NCBI RefSeq assembly: GCF_006345805.1
Contig: NC_043003.1
Span: forward strand, 80,166,001-80,230,000
DNA length: 64,000 nt
Origin: Octopus sinensis
Taxonomy: Eukaryota
Reading direction: 5' to 3'
The notes below the pieces were generated by a model, which did no database searches, was not told the DNA's origin, and worked only from the letters and a program-made list of their open reading frames with translations. The translations under genes were made by a program, and so were the position numbers. This document shows, one piece after another, positions 39,421 through 54,244 of the stretch. Each line of letters starts with the position of its first letter. Position 1 is the first letter of the stretch.

Positions 39421-40239
39421 ATATATATAAGTACAGAATATGTGTAGTTGCATAGCTGGTTGAAAGACACTGAACAAAAATTATGATTATTTTAATCACA
39501 GAAAATTATGCCCGCTTGCATATACAAACGCACACACTTTTTGCAGTGAAAACACGTGTAGGTCATCGAAAACATAAAATAATGCTGTAAAATAAAAGGA
39601 AATAAAATTTGAAGATGTACCATTCTCTATATTTTCTATCGTTATAATTAGTGCTAATGTGCACTCCACATAATATTACCATCCAGCGAAGCGAACAATG
39701 AATTACCCATCGCAAGAATTTACAGCGTGTACGATAGCACCTTGTAGTCATAGCTGTTAAATACTAATCGATGCGGTTAGCCATGACCTGGTACACAACA
39801 AAGAGCTACTACGTATCTGCCCGGATAACATATTCATATGTTCCTTAAAAATCATACACACAAACACACACACACACATATATAAATATAAAGTCAGTAA
39901 AAGAAAATGGAGAACATAAGTAAAGAGATGCTTGGTTTGTTTTATTTGTCTTACAATTGGAAAGATAATGGGAAAGGATGAAGACATATACATATAACAC
40001 TATAAATTGAACCACCTCAACCGACACAATAACCCCAAAATTTTCCCCCGAAAGATATAAGTATATTCTACATACACATGTATCTTTTGGTACACCAATA
40101 TTTAAAAATCATCAATATTTATAACTTTGTGACTGTTTATAACACATATATCTTGATGATCTCCCTAGGAATGCATTTGGTTAAACCCACTTAGCGTCAG
40201 GATTGTTTTTAACAATCCCTTACCTGTATATTGCTTCCT

Positions 40240-40288
40240 CAAATTCTGTATATACATACATACATATATACATACATACATATATATA

Positions 40289-40337
<49 letters not shown>

Positions 40338-40435
40338 ATACATACATACATACATTATATATATGTGTGTATATATATATATATACATACATACATTATA
40401 TATATATGTGTGTGTATATATATATATATAGATAT

Positions 40436-40477
<42 letters not shown>

Positions 40478-40512
40478 ATATATATATATATATAGATATA
40501 TATATATATATC

Positions 40513-40603
<91 letters not shown>

Positions 40604-40610
40604 TGTATAT
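40240..40610. repeat. (TA)n-rich microsatellite
   Basis: Direct reading. Confidence 0.97.
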
Positions 40611-41128
40611 ATGGTGGTTGTCTATTCCTTATGTCATGTTAAAGGATAAATACTCAAAACTTTTCCTCCTGAAATACATGGTTCGAACCTACTGCAGGTC
40701 ATACTGAGCAAAGTTTTATAAGTGGATTTGAATTAATGTGAACAACATAATAGAGCTGAATATTCTTACCCCAACACACTAGTGTTATGCTCGTTCTACC
40801 TGAGAATTACTTGGGGCACACGTGACAGAGATATACTCAGCTACTTTACATGCTTTTTTAATGATTAGAAACTTCAGATTTTCCAAACAGCAGGTGCATG
40901 CATGACGTTCACAGGCCGAAAGCGAGAGAAAACAACAGCAACTCACACACACACACATACACACACACGCACGCACACATATACACATTTTCACAGATTT
41001 TCGTACACACACACACATACACACATACACGCATCCCCACCCACATGTAGAATCGGACATGCAAAAGACTAAGCCTTCATTACGAGTTATCTGGCACAAT
41101 ATAAACATCACTTGCAAAAATGGGTTCA

Positions 41129-41161
<33 letters not shown>

Positions 41162-41714
41162 TGTATGTATGTATGTATGTATGTATTTATGTATGTATGT
41201 AACTTGTTTATATCTAGATATCTTGCCAATAGAGAGAGAGAGAGAGAGAGAGTGGGAGAGCGAAAGAGAAGGAGAAAGAGAGGGGGATTTCTAACGTAGA
41301 GCCAAGGAGCCTTCAATGGAATTTTAAACAATATCAACAAGGTATTCGTGCATGTTTATGTGCATGCGTGAAATATCGAAAATCAATGCATGTGCTTATT
41401 TGTATGAAGAGGCAAGTCATGTTTTTCAAGACTGCTACTGAGGTGATTTGTTTCACATCCTAGTGACTTAGTAAATACGGATATATCTCTAAACTTGTCT
41501 GTGTAGTGTGTAAATTGCTCAATATTTCAGCATCGGTATTTTCTTCCTTACTGACGTTTTGCATTACGTTGGCAACTCAGTTCGACTATTTTACAGATTT
41601 TTCCCTTCTCTGATCCACATCACCAACTCTGGTGTATTACACGTGCATTTTATTGAGGTTTTCTCTTGAACATTCCACCAGGACTCTTTCATATTATGAG
41701 TAACTATGGCCTCT

Positions 41715-42099
41715 GGAGGCGCAATGGACCAGTGGTTAGGGTAGCGGACTCGCGGTCGTAGGATCGCGGTTTCGATTCCCATACCGGGCGTTGTGAGTGT
41801 TTATTGAGCGAGAACACCTAAAGCTCCACGAGGCTCCGGCAGGGAAGGTGGTGATCCCTGCTGTACTCTTTCACCACAACTTTCTCTCACTCTTACTTCC
41901 TGTTTCTGTTGTACCTGTATTTCAAAGGGCCGGCCTTGTCACTCTCTGTGTCACGCTGAATATCCCCGAGAACTACGTTAAGGGTACACGTGTCTGTGGA
42001 GTGCTCAGCCACTTACACGTTAATTTCATGAGCAGGCTGTTCCGTTGATCGGATCAACCGGAACCCTCGTCGTCGAAACCGACGGAGTGCTTCCACTCT
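41715..42099 (+). mobile_element. tRNA-derived SINE family C with 12-bp TSD
   Basis: tRNA-like head ggaggcgcaatggaccagtggttagggtagcggactcgcggtcgtaggatcgcggtttcgattccc. TSD actatggcctct at 41703-41714 and 42100-42111. Confidence 0.92.
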
Positions 42100-42790
42100 A
42101 CTATGGCCTCTCCCACGCGTGCAAGGAAGTACACCTATAGAGTTGGCGTTTTGTTGAAGAAGGTCGATAAATACTAAGTAGTTCGAAGGTCAAACGATGA
42201 GAGAAGGCGAGACAAGTAAGCTGAATGACGTTTCAAATATCAGAAGCCGCAGAGATGAGATGGTACATCTATAGGCCAGAGGATGGAGAGTGTATGTGAG
42301 CGACGTCATTACAGTCAGTCGAATACACTTTTACGCGATGTTGACTAGGATGTATATGTGTATAGCAACAACACAATGATGAGGGTTAGGAGGGGTTGTT
42401 GTCTGAGGATTGCTCACAAGTAATATGCAGCTTTTACGTTCGACATGTACGTTCGCCGGTAGAGACGCTGAGTTGTAGGGTATTTGAGATTTCCAGTGAA
42501 CTCAAGGGCTCCAATTGTGTACGCTTCATGCTTATGATGAGTTGAAATTCTGTTTTATGACACGTAAAAAAATTGTACTGTAGTACAATCAGGGACAACG
42601 TTGTTCAATATAATCCTTGATATGCAATGGGTCAAAGCTTTTGTGGCTGGGACGTCTTTAATTAACTAAAACTATGACTTGAGCCCAAACATCAACAGCA
42701 GCAAATATTCTTACAAAATATATTTTCCCTCTCCAACATTTGGTGCTCTACTGGTCATAGACTCAACATTGTTTTTTATTCTCTTATCCA

Positions 42791-42961
42791 GGCGCAGGAG
42801 TGGCTGTGTGGTAAGTAGCTTGCTTACCAACCACATGGTTCCGAGTTCAGTCGCACTGCGTGGCATCTTGGGCAAGTGTCTTCTGCTATAGCCCCGGGCC
42901 GACCAATGCCTTGTGAGTGGATTTGGTAGACGGAAACTGAAAGATGCCTGTCATATATATG

Positions 42962-42994
<33 letters not shown>

Positions 42995-43205
42995 TTGTGT
43001 GTCTGTGTTTGTCCCCCTAGCATTGCTTGACAACCGATGCTGGTGTGTTTACGTCCCCGTCACTTAGCAGTTCGGCAAAAGTTACCGATAGAATAAGTAC
43101 TGGGCTTACAAAGAATAAGTCCCGGGGTCGATTTGCTCGACTAAAGGCGGTGCTCCAGCATGGCCGCAGTCAAATGACTGAAACAAGTAAAAAGAGTAAA
43201 AAGAA
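42791..43205 (+). mobile_element. SINE family A, full length
   Basis: Head ggcgcaggagtggctgtgtgg, B-box-like gttccgagttcagtc, CORE-like cttgggcaagtgtcttct, internal (TA)(TG) tract, tail aaagagtaaaaag. Confidence 0.92.
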
Positions 43206-46200
43206 GAGTATTGTATGCACTATAATGCCACCTTCCAAGAAAAAGATTTTTATATTTTCCGATGTCATAATTCTTGTTGAGGCAAATGCTTCAAGCTTGA
43301 AGTAATTTCATCTGAAAGTCAGTAACATTATGGCAAGTTAGGATCAAACTAACATTGGATCATGTGCCTTTACAATCTAGTATTTTAATACTTCCACTAC
43401 TATTTACAACTAATTTCATTTGAGAATTTATTCAATAAATTTCACCTATTTTTCTTTGATTAAAACACTCTATTTACTGTTGCGACGCTTTAATTAAATT
43501 AGATACAGGAATTCTTATTCCTCTTCTTCCAATTATTAAAAAAAACTACTGTATAAACTTTCCAATATCGGTAGAGTTTAAACGGGAACATTAAATAGTG
43601 TGTTATTGAAATCTAGTCAGAAACATACAAGAGAAACCCCTTAGCGTTTATCTTCCTTGATAAAATAAAATATTTTTATTTAGAGCCGTTTTGAATAAAA
43701 TATAATGTTTATGTTTTCTCTTAACAATATGTTTTCTCAAACTCATTGTATTCTTGATATCGCTTGCAATCACTAGACCCCTAATAAAAGCATTCTTATA
43801 AACAAAACATATTGTTCTTGCATGAATATATCATCGTGTTTCAGAATCGATATAAATCATATACTTTCTATGCATAGTCATGCAATGTCAAAATCCCGCT
43901 TTCAAAAATATACAAATATACGTGTTGCTTTCAACTGTGAATATTCAATAAATAATTTGTAATGTAAACGGCATTGTAAAGCAATTAATTTTGAATACGA
44001 TGAAATCATCGCTGCATTATCACTGTTTGATAAAATCTTTAGACGCATCAACGTTTTATATGATTAGAGTATTATAAAGAGAGTCTTCGGATTTACATAT
44101 TAATTATATTTTTACACTGTTCCCAACATGTCTCTATTTTAGTAGTTATTCAGTGATTCATAGGTTTTGTTGTGTGTAATCTTGATAACTTGCTCTTGCT
44201 GTAGTTGTTCTATGGGGTGCAGGGTGGAGTGGCAGAAAATAGAACCCTTTGGTATTTAACTCTTTATTTTCTGAATTCAAATCCCGCCAAGGTCACACTT
44301 TATTCTCATTCTTCCGAAGACAGTAGAATAAACTAAAACTCAACTATTATGTTCAATTTAACCATCTTCCTCCTTCCTCCAAATTTCTTAGTCTTATGCC
44401 TCTAATAATAACTATCACTATAGTAAGTAATTTATTTGTGTTGCTTTTATTTGACATCAGGTCATTTATAAAAGGACAAATATAAATGCCATTGCAGCCA
44501 TAACTATCCTCACTTTATTCCAGGCAATATACCTTGGATTCGTTTATACTGTATTCTGTCTTATGATTTGTCGCCGAATTTGGTGGCTGTTTTCAGCAGT
44601 ACATGCGATCATAAAAGCTAACCCACATCGAGTCGTACAATGAACTGACGCGACAGAGTACGTGGTAGATTATCTGATTAAATACTAAATAGTATATATC
44701 GCTGTTTATGACTAAAAAACAGTATTGAGATCGATGAAGTGACCGACGGCTATCACTGAGTTGTGATATTATAAACATTTTGAAGGTGGAGTGGTTGAAA
44801 TGGCATTTCTGTTCGGTAGATTAGCTGATTAGTTAGAGCGTTACACAAATCACTTTGCGGTATTCGTTCCCGTTCTTTATGTTCTGAGTTCATATTCACC
44901 CGGGATTAACTTGCGGTTTGGCAGGAATGACTTCATGGGATGATGTAATGACAAAATAAAAATTCGCAAATACAGTGTCGGACGAAATTTATTTAGTATT
45001 TAGTAACGAATCTTTATGTTCTGATTTCAAAACTCATTGAGGGCAAATTACTGGTCGATAACTTGAAGCACCAGTGAAAATCAGTGGTCGATATGTTAGA
45101 CAATACCATCACAACGGTATTGCTCAAATGCATGAAATGTCTCGAACGTCAGTGAAGATTTATTGCAAATTGCTTCTGACTGTTTTACAAAGTTAGATTT
45201 TTGGAGCAGAGAAAGCAATCAGAAGTTTGTGCTGGATTCCAATAGGATGAAAAACAATATATTTATATCAAGAGAATCTTTAGCATATTCAAGGTCGGAG
45301 AAAATTCCATACACTTTATGGCCATAAAATTCCACTCACAAAACTGTAAATTGGTGTGTATGTTAATGCAAGGTGTCAAGCGACGGAATCAAATCGGAAA
45401 ACACAAATTTGCTAACAACATGCTAACTATACTATAGTAACGCCAGTCGATTTTCCTGAAATAATTAGTCAGGAAATGCAATAGAACAAACACAAATTCT
45501 ATAGCCTTAAGGTTCTTTCTTATAAATTACATTTCAGAAAAACCTACGCATTTGTGTTGTTTTTTTAAACCACTGCCGAGGTTTGATAATATAAGCCGCT
45601 GTATTTTACTGGTGTTATATTTCTACATTTGCTAATGCCAAATTTTTACCAACTACATTCCTACATCTGCTAATCTCGCAATTTTGACGTTTGATTTAAT
45701 TAAGTACTATTGTTCAAATTCTTTTAATATTCACTCTAAAATATTTTCCTTTTAAAACATTTAATACGCATTGATGAAAGATAGCTAAATAGTTATAGTA
45801 GTGTAATTACGAACGCCCATTTTTAGTTTTCTGCTCGGTTTTCTGATTGGCACGTTAACAATTTTCCAGCGGTCTTATCGCTGAGAATTAAATCGAATAG
45901 AAAAGATATGATTGACGTAAAATATACGAATATAGTTTCGTTTCTGAAAGCATCGCTTACACAATCCTCAGCGGGCAATCAGATATATGATACATCAATA
46001 ACAGAAAGGTAGAAAATCACGATAATTACATACAAATATCTTTATACCTTAAAGACTGCGATTCTCAACATTTACTTCTTGAACTTCATTCTGAAGCTAT
46101 TCAGCAACCAAGTTATCGTACTCAGAGAGATTCATAAAAGTTGTTACAAAATATTGCACAATAAAATATACCTACATGCCTACATGTACTGAAGCCCAGG

Positions 46201-47214
46201 ATTATGCTGGGAAGAGGTACAAGCAACAAGGCTTGATCACCCAATAAGTCTAGGACTTATTTCAACAATTCCTTAGACACAAAACTAAAACTAATTGATA
46301 ATTACTTACATAGTAACAAGACAGGAATATGGGAAAGATGAACGTAACACCTATTAAATTGCCTTTAATATTTGACTGGTACATTACCCACCTCAGAAGG
46401 TTAAAAGGCAAAGCTGATTTTACGCAGAATGTAATTTGCAGTAAGTAAATACCACGGGTCACTTGGTCACTCTGACAATTCTGCCTGTTCTCTACTCTTA
46501 AAAGATGCTTGCTCAAAACGCCTCACGTTAAGGTTGTACAAAAGTTCTTATGATGACAAGCGGAAAATCTTAAGTCGTGGATGATATGTCTGCATCCATG
46601 ATAAAAACTAAATCGTTTTTAATACAGGCATGAGGACTCAAATCTGGAAGGAAGGAGTTTCTTGCTTAAGTAGATCCGTCTCCGTGATTGGTGGATTATT
46701 TCATTAATCTCGAAATGATTTAAAATAAATTTTGATCTGAGATTTGTAGTTAGAATGTAAATGCCGCAATAGTTTTTTTCGATTCTATCAACTACCACCA
46801 TGACTAAAAGTAAAATATGAAATTAAATCACGGAATGTATATTACGAGACGTCTCACTATAGCTTAGATTTAACTATTAGAGAGACTGTAGCTCACTCCC
46901 AGCCGAGTGTTTGGTGGCATGTCTAACACCAGTGGGACTGCGTTATAGAATCATTTAATAAATTTCCTGTTCTAATGTCGCAGTCAACCTAATGAAGTTC
47001 ACATATCACAGTGTAGTAGTGGTACCCAACGAGGTATTAAATATTCAGTAGTGTAGAATTTTAGCCTTTACACAGGTCAAAAATACTAAGTGCAGTAGTA
47101 TACAGTTATGCACAAGAGATTATCTGTCCCTTATACGTAATCTCTCATGAATAAACAATGATTCTTCATTAGTTCCAGAGAAGTCTTGATCATGTAGACA
47201 TATGTATATATATA

Positions 47215-47404
47215 TATAGGGGAGAATTCACAAAAAACCGAAAGACGGAGACGGGTTGTGTAGACAACAAACAGATATATTAGTATAAAGCTTGGGAAGT
47301 GAAAAGTATTTAACGTTTCGAGCCTACGCACTTCCACAGAAAGGAACACAGAAAGAAACAAGGATAGAAAATAATGCGTAGAGGCTAGCGATCTATCATA
47401 GCGA

Positions 47405-47405
<1 letters not shown>
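47215..47405 (-). mobile_element. Short microsatellite-embedded repeat with an HHR-like motif (PLE-pLTR-like)
   Basis: Minus strand cttt ctgtgga a gtgc gtag gctc gaaacgtt aaat. Flanked by (TA)n on both sides. Confidence 0.5.
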
Positions 47406-47467
<62 letters not shown>

Positions 47468-47502
47468 ATGTGTGTGTGTATATATATATGTATATATGTG
47501 TG

Positions 47503-47575
<73 letters not shown>

Positions 47576-47716
47576 GTTAATTCTTCTGAGTAAAGATTGA
47601 GTGGGTTGGGAGAATTTCATTGCTATATTTAGCAAGTTATGCGACCGCGTACATACTCTTTCATTGGCGCGTTGATGTTGAATATTTCATATCGGAACCG
47701 TATTAGATTGCCATTC

Positions 47717-48991
47717 TATCAGTTCATCCTATAAGTTCTGTCCGATTTTTCCTTTTCTAAATTTGAATGAAATTAAATAATATTTTAGAATGTCTAATGG
47801 AATCGAAAATTATTTTTATGCACTTGTGTACATTTAAACTAATTGGATGTTATTTTACAGAATAATAGTATTAAACTTTCTTTGATTAAAATCCTTTCTA
47901 ATATGGAAGTATCCAAAGAGCATTTGCGGCACATAATGCTTTATGCGGACAAAGAAGGAAACTCTGCAGCCGAAGCAACTCGAAACATACACTCAGTTTA
48001 CGGGAAAGAATGCTTGAATGAAAGAACTTGCAGAAGATGGTTTTCAAACTTCAGAAGTGGAGATTTCAGCCTGGAAGCTGAAGATCGAAGAGGAGGTGCA
48101 GTTGAATTTGATGATAAGCTCCTAGGGGCATTATTTGAAGAAAATCCTGCATTATCAGTTGAAGAATTGGCAATAAAGCTTAGTTCAAACCATACATCAT
48201 CGTCATCTTCAGCAACTTGGAAAGGTTCCTAAACTTGGAAAATGGGTGCCTCAAGAATTGTCCGAAAGCAACTGAAAATCCCAAGTTTACATCTCTTCTC
48301 TCCATTCTCACGAACTCATTTCACCCTTTTTGGATAGACTTGTGATTGTGACGAAAAATGGAACTTCCATCGAAATATTAAATGTGGTAAACAGTGGCTT
48401 GGTAAAAGGGAAAAACCTCAACCACAACCACAACCAAGTAAGGAACTTCATGGAAAAAGTTTCTTCTCTCTAGCTGGTGGGATTGCAAAGGGGTAATTCA
48501 CTTTCAATTGTTACCACCTAATGCAACAATCAATATTCAAATCTACTGTGAGCAATTAGAGCGTTTGAACCAAGCATTGAAGAGAAAGAGACCCGCTTTA
48601 GTGAATCGAGAAGTTAGTTATCGTCAGGACAATGCGTGATCTCACACTGCAAAGATCACATCACAGAAGATCGAAGAACTTGATTGGGAAAAACTTCCTC
48701 ATCTACCTTATTCTCCCAACCTCGCTCCTTTAGTCAACTATTTGTTTTGTAATTTACAGAATAATTTGAAGGACATAACTTTCGCAAGCCAGGAGGAGGT
48801 CGAAACTGACATTTTAGAGACTTCGCTCTGAAACCAAAAGATATTTACACTGATAGGATAAAAAAGCTTGTAAATAGATGGAAGGAAGTCATAGATAATT
48901 AGGGAAAGTACATTGATGATTAAATTTCAATTAAATATAATATTTGATCACTTGTTTTCTTTATTCAAAATTCGGTCAGAATGACCTGATA
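47717..48991 (-). repeat. Mariner terminal inverted repeats (degenerate) with TA ends
   Basis: Left tatcagttcatcctataagttctgtccgatttt; right (reverse complement) tatcaggtcat---------tctgaccgaatttt. Confidence 0.6.
47903..48923 (+). pseudogene. Mariner (D,D34D-type) transposase pseudogene, mellifera-subfamily-like
   Basis: MEVSKEHLRHIMLY...FRSGDFSLE, GKWVPQEL, WWDCKGVIHFQLLPPNATIN, QDNA, PYSPNLAP. Frameshifts and stops are present; element length is about 1.27 kb. Confidence 0.93.
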
Positions 48992-51269
48992 TTTCCGGCT
49001 AATCACCACCTTCGTTTTGTTTGTGACACTAGACTGAAAAATAACTGTTCTCTAAATCGAACGCTATGCCCTTAAACCAGAAAATTCCTATAGGTTCCTT
49101 TGTAATTGAATCTGATTCATACTTACCATTTCATTGATAGGTATATTTTATCCGAACAGGGAACTATAGAATTACTGGGAATCTTTAATACAGATCTTAT
49201 CTCCATAAAGAAAATAACTGTCAATTTTGAAATTAATGATTAGCAAGCAACATAAAAGTACAGATAACCCTGTAGAAGCAGGTCATGTTTGTAGATAATA
49301 TTAGTAAAGTAGATTATCATGTATAATAATTTGTCAACATCTATGCCGAGGTAAAGTTCACCTTTGTCTGACTTTATATAACATTTAAACAATTTAGAAA
49401 TGTGCTCACGACGATGTATTTAGCTGGAAAATGGAAAATGGAATAATATAAAATTGCATTCATCTTCTCAAATATTCTTTTTTAAGACAAAGATGCTGTC
49501 AGGCAAGAAAAATATATTAATACGAACAAAAGTAAAAGCATCTACATGGTCTCTCACCCTGCTAGATATAGCAGCCAAGTCTCCTAAAATCGCATATACA
49601 TTTATGTTAGAATAGAAAAGGATACACGGTAAAGTACATTTACATATTTGGTTATGATTAGCACTCCTGTAATTAAAGGTGTGATTGATCAAGTTTAAGT
49701 AAATTTAAGTAGCAAATGAATTAACGAGGGAACCTGTCTCTAGTCCCTTGTTTTACTCGGAAAAGCTGTCAAATCGCATTCTTATCAGGCTCTGTTGTCT
49801 CCAAAATGAAAGGATTCAGAGGATAATGTAGTCATAGATTGTACTGTGTTTCAATGAATGATGTAGTTGCCATGGCTGGAGAGTCTATGACCAACAATAA
49901 TCTGTAGGTATGGATATACAGCAAACGCTGTATTCAATATCAACAACGGCAACAATAACAGCAACAACATCAAGAATAATATTACTCGCAGTGAAATTCT
50001 AAATCCTCTTTCTTTCAGCATATACCTTCCTGAGTGCAGTTATAAACATGAATGGTTAAATTTTGTTTTCAAATAATACTGAAAATCATTTTAACGTTGT
50101 TAAATAAATATTTATAGAAAATATGTTCGGTGTACACTTTAAAGTCTTAAAAATGATTCATAAATATTCATGATATATATCTTGTCATGCCTTGTACAAA
50201 ACTGGCGATGTGACAACAACTTTCTCTGATATTTTCTAAAACAAAACATCGCATAACATTTACCTGAACTTATCAAGTCATATATTATCCATGCTCTCAT
50301 TCAGTGCACCGATAAATACCAGAGAATATATTTTTAATGTCGTTCTTTAGTGTTAGTCCACACTTTATATTCTATTGCCAACATGTTTTTTAGCTGTCTT
50401 TTTCACATATTTATTTATTTAAAATAATGTTATTACTTGAAATATCATTGGCAAATTCCAAGAAACTAGTTAAAACGTATTTAGTCTAACACGTTTATGT
50501 TTATACATAATGATATGCATTTTCCTTTACATATTCATGTATATATGAAAAATTATTAGATATACATAACATCAATTCCTATGAAAGATATGAAAGATAA
50601 GTACAAGATCGTTGTATCAATACATCTGAAACCAAAAAGAAAGCAAAGAAAAATATATAAAAACTTGCCTTCACTTTTAGGTCCTTCTTACAAAAATGGG
50701 GTACATTCAGCATATAATTATGCTGCTCCTAGTGATAGTGTCAAGATATATGAACATAAACAGAGATGACCTTCCTGAAATTTTACATAAACAAGCAGTG
50801 TCAAAGTTGAAGCTGAATTGCAGTTTTAATGTCAAATCAGATCAGCAAGCGAGCGTTTTTGTAAAATTATTATTTTGGTTTCAAATAACATATCCACATC
50901 TCAGTTTTTTTTAAAACCAGATGAGAGAGCTTTATTGTCTTGTAATAGTTCTTTATGTTTCTGTGTACGACAACAACATAATGTGTTCATATCTGTTTAA
51001 ACTTCCATTGCTAAAGGGCTGTTCATTGTAGTTTATTACAAGATTTATGCCATCAACTACAGTGAACACTCCTTTGAATCTGAAGATCTGTAAGATTTTT
51101 TAATGCATACTCTATTGCAAATAAATATCATGTATATATACTTACATTTGTAAATACACAGAAACACAGGCGCGTACACATATAGTTTAAGGATTAGGGA
51201 TTTAGGAAATCTAGGGAATAAGTGAGCACCTTGGTTGACAGAAAATCAGAAACAAAAATACACACGCAC

Positions 51270-51580
<311 letters not shown>

Positions 51581-51649
51581 ATAAAAAAATTTATATTAAT
51601 CAGAAAGATTACTCTATACTTTGTAGAGTACAAGTTTATTTTTAAACAT

Positions 51650-52660
51650 GCGCTGGTTATTTTGATATCACCATGTCGCTCACATGGTTGTGATGCATGT
51701 GCCTATTGCACCCTTGTCCGACGGGTTGTAATGATGGATATATTGGGATGCGCATTTTTAGACCAGAACTACACCCATCAGAGACTACAAAGCTCAGGGC
51801 TGAAGGCAGAGAGCGAAGTCTTTATCGTAATTGCTCAAGATTAGAGGTTTTTGACCTAGAACTACTAAACAAATGTGATGAAAAATGGAGTAGACCCAAA
51901 GTGCCGATACTGCAATGATGTGATTGAAACTGTGGTCCACTTCATCCCTGGTTGTATTTTAGCACCAGTCGAATATAAACCAAGACATGACAGAGTTGGC
52001 CAATGTCTAAAACGGATAATATGTCGGTATTATAAAATCAAAATAGCTGAGATAAGGTACTAACACAAACTGAAGAACATGTAACGGTTCTTTGAGACTT
52101 TCCAGTACACACAGAACGGACCATCAAATCCAATAAAGCAGATATTGTTGTGAAAACCAAAACAATAAAATATGTTTATTGAATGAGATGAGCATAACTT
52201 GTGATCCTAATATCTCGGTAAAAGAATTTAATAAGATCAGAAAATATAAAGGTTTCCTGATTGAAAACGAAAAAAATATGGCATCAAGACGATTACAATA
52301 CCAGTGATCGGAATAATCAAAAACGGGACAGAAAATTATTTAAGAATGACTCCTGTCTTACCATCTATACAGAAACTACAAAAGATTGTCTTAACTGCTG
52401 ATACGTCACACATTTGGTGAAGAGCATTGTCGCTGTGAATTTTCTTTCCTTTTTCCTCATTATTTCTTTTGTTTTTTTTTTTCATTTTTCCTTCTTTCCC
52501 TTTTCTCTCTGTCTTTCTTCCTCATTTTTACTATCACATGATTTTGTAAACGAACACTTTGGTGTGTTTATTTTAAGGGCCTACCAATGTATACAGTGAG
52601 TTTCTTTGCTGTAGGTGTTGGGAAGAAACTCGGCAAGAAATGGAATCAAAAATGAAAGAA
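51650..52660 (+). mobile_element. R4/Dong-type 3' fragment (CCHC plus REL), second family
   Basis: LQSSGLKAESEVFIVIAQD, PKCRYCNDVIETVVHFIPGC...EYKPRHDRV, IQKLQKIVL. 3' UTR ends gcaagaaatggaa...(AAT)n. Confidence 0.8.
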
Positions 52661-52661
52661 G

Positions 52662-52737
<76 letters not shown>

Positions 52738-53060
52738 TAAAGGTTACAATACCAGTGATCGTAGGAGGGAACCGAAAATTATATGAGAATGATCCCTGGC
52801 TTACCATCCCTGCAAGAAGTGCAAAAGATTGTCTTAACTGGTACATCACACGTATTGAGAAGAGCATTGTCGATGTGAGAACTGTTGCTGCTCATGCATT
52901 TTAATTTAACTTTAAAAAAAAAAAAAAAAAAAAGAATTGAACGAACTACTGAGTTTGGTTTAATGGCCTACCAATATACACTATGAGTTTCTTTGCCCTA
53001 GGAGTTGGGAAGACACTCGGCAAGAAATGGAAGAAAATTTGAAAGAAGAAAAAAAAAAGT
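52738..53060 (+). mobile_element. Short 5'-truncated copy of the same R4-type 3' end
   Basis: ttacaataccagtgatcg...caaaagattgtcttaactg...gagcattgtcg...ctcggcaagaaatgg repeats 52294-52650. Flanked by (AAT)n. Confidence 0.85.
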
Positions 53061-53085
53061 AATAATAATAATAATAATAATAATG

Positions 53086-53147
<62 letters not shown>

Positions 53148-53149
53148 TT

Positions 53150-53800
53150 GACCCAAGTCATTGCAGAATGGGTATCTGAAGAAAGAGACAGAGGGTATAT
53201 CTTCTACGTAAGAACACGCCTTGAAAATAAATGTTAGCAAGTACTTTATCGACCACAGATCGGAGGCATCATTATAAAGTAAGCATGAGCCAGAGACTGA
53301 AAGAACGTCAGCTTATCAGTGACTGGTCACTGGTAACCTAAAAAGATTACAGACATCAGGATGACAAGTGTATACTGTGAACTCTGTAAGAATTAAGAAC
53401 TTCCCTGCATATATAAGTGGTGCATTTCTAGGCCTTGTTTGAGAAGAAACGAGTGAACCTCATGTGGGATGTGATCATCTTCTCAGACAGGTGTGTGGAG
53501 GATAATCACAATTGTGCACAACGACACGCGTGAATGGGTCATGATCGATACTAACTAGAGTGTTGAAATCTACGAGAAAATGAAAATCAACAAATACTAG
53601 GATTTTGTGAGCCAAGTGCGGGAAATACGCCAAGCAAATGTTAAAGTGTTTCTTTTGTTATCGCTGCATGCAGAAAATAATTCTGAGAATCTGGATGTAA
53701 TACCGGAGATATTAGGTATACAAGATATATTACGGAATGCACAAATGGTTCATGTGTTTAGGAAAATGGACTATCACTGGGCTGTGGGCAGGAAATGACG
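53150..53800 (+). mobile_element. Old R4-type REL fragment, third family
   Basis: YLKKETEG, VNLMWDVIIFSDR, EKMKINKY*DFVSQVREI...LGIQDILR..HVFRK. Confidence 0.55.
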
Positions 53801-53861
53801 CATTATTACATATGAGCCGACCACTAAGTATAAAAACATCAACAACTGCAGTAACAATAGT

Positions 53862-54240
53862 GGAGGCGCAATGGTCCAATGGTTAGGGTAGCGGACTCGC
53901 CGTCGAGGATCGCGGTTTCGATTCCCAGACCGGGAATTGTGTGTGTTTATTGAGCGAAAACACCTAAAGCTCCACGAGGCTCCGACAGGAGGTGGTGACG
54001 ACTTCTGTTGTACTCTTTCGCTCCAACTTTCTCTCACTCTTTCTTCCTGTTTCCCCGACTTCCTACGCAACCGCTGAGCCTGGATGCGCATTCATCCATC
54101 CGTCGATGCTCTCGGTGTCGGGAGTTAACCTGCTTTCTCTTCTGCGGGTCTTACGAATAGCAAAGGACCATGTTTCGGACTTCTCCCACTGGGCGAAGAC
54201 CGCTACGCTCAACAGCAACAGCAGCAACAACAACAATAAT
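53862..54240 (+). mobile_element. SINE family C variant with a different 3' half
   Basis: 53862-54052 matches 41715-41906, then the sequence is unrelated and ends in (AAC/AGC)n. Confidence 0.88.
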
Positions 54241-54244
54241 TACT

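Noticed and set aside
41715-41790. tRNA-like sequence (also 53862-53935 and the trimer heads)
   Set aside because: It continues into SINE bodies with a TSD or tails and has no convincing acceptor stem; SINE heads rather than tRNA genes.
50696-50914. 72-aa ORF with a hydrophobic N-terminus (MGYIQHIIMLLLVIVS)
   Set aside because: Short, no homology recognised, no clear downstream donor; expected by chance in AT-rich DNA.
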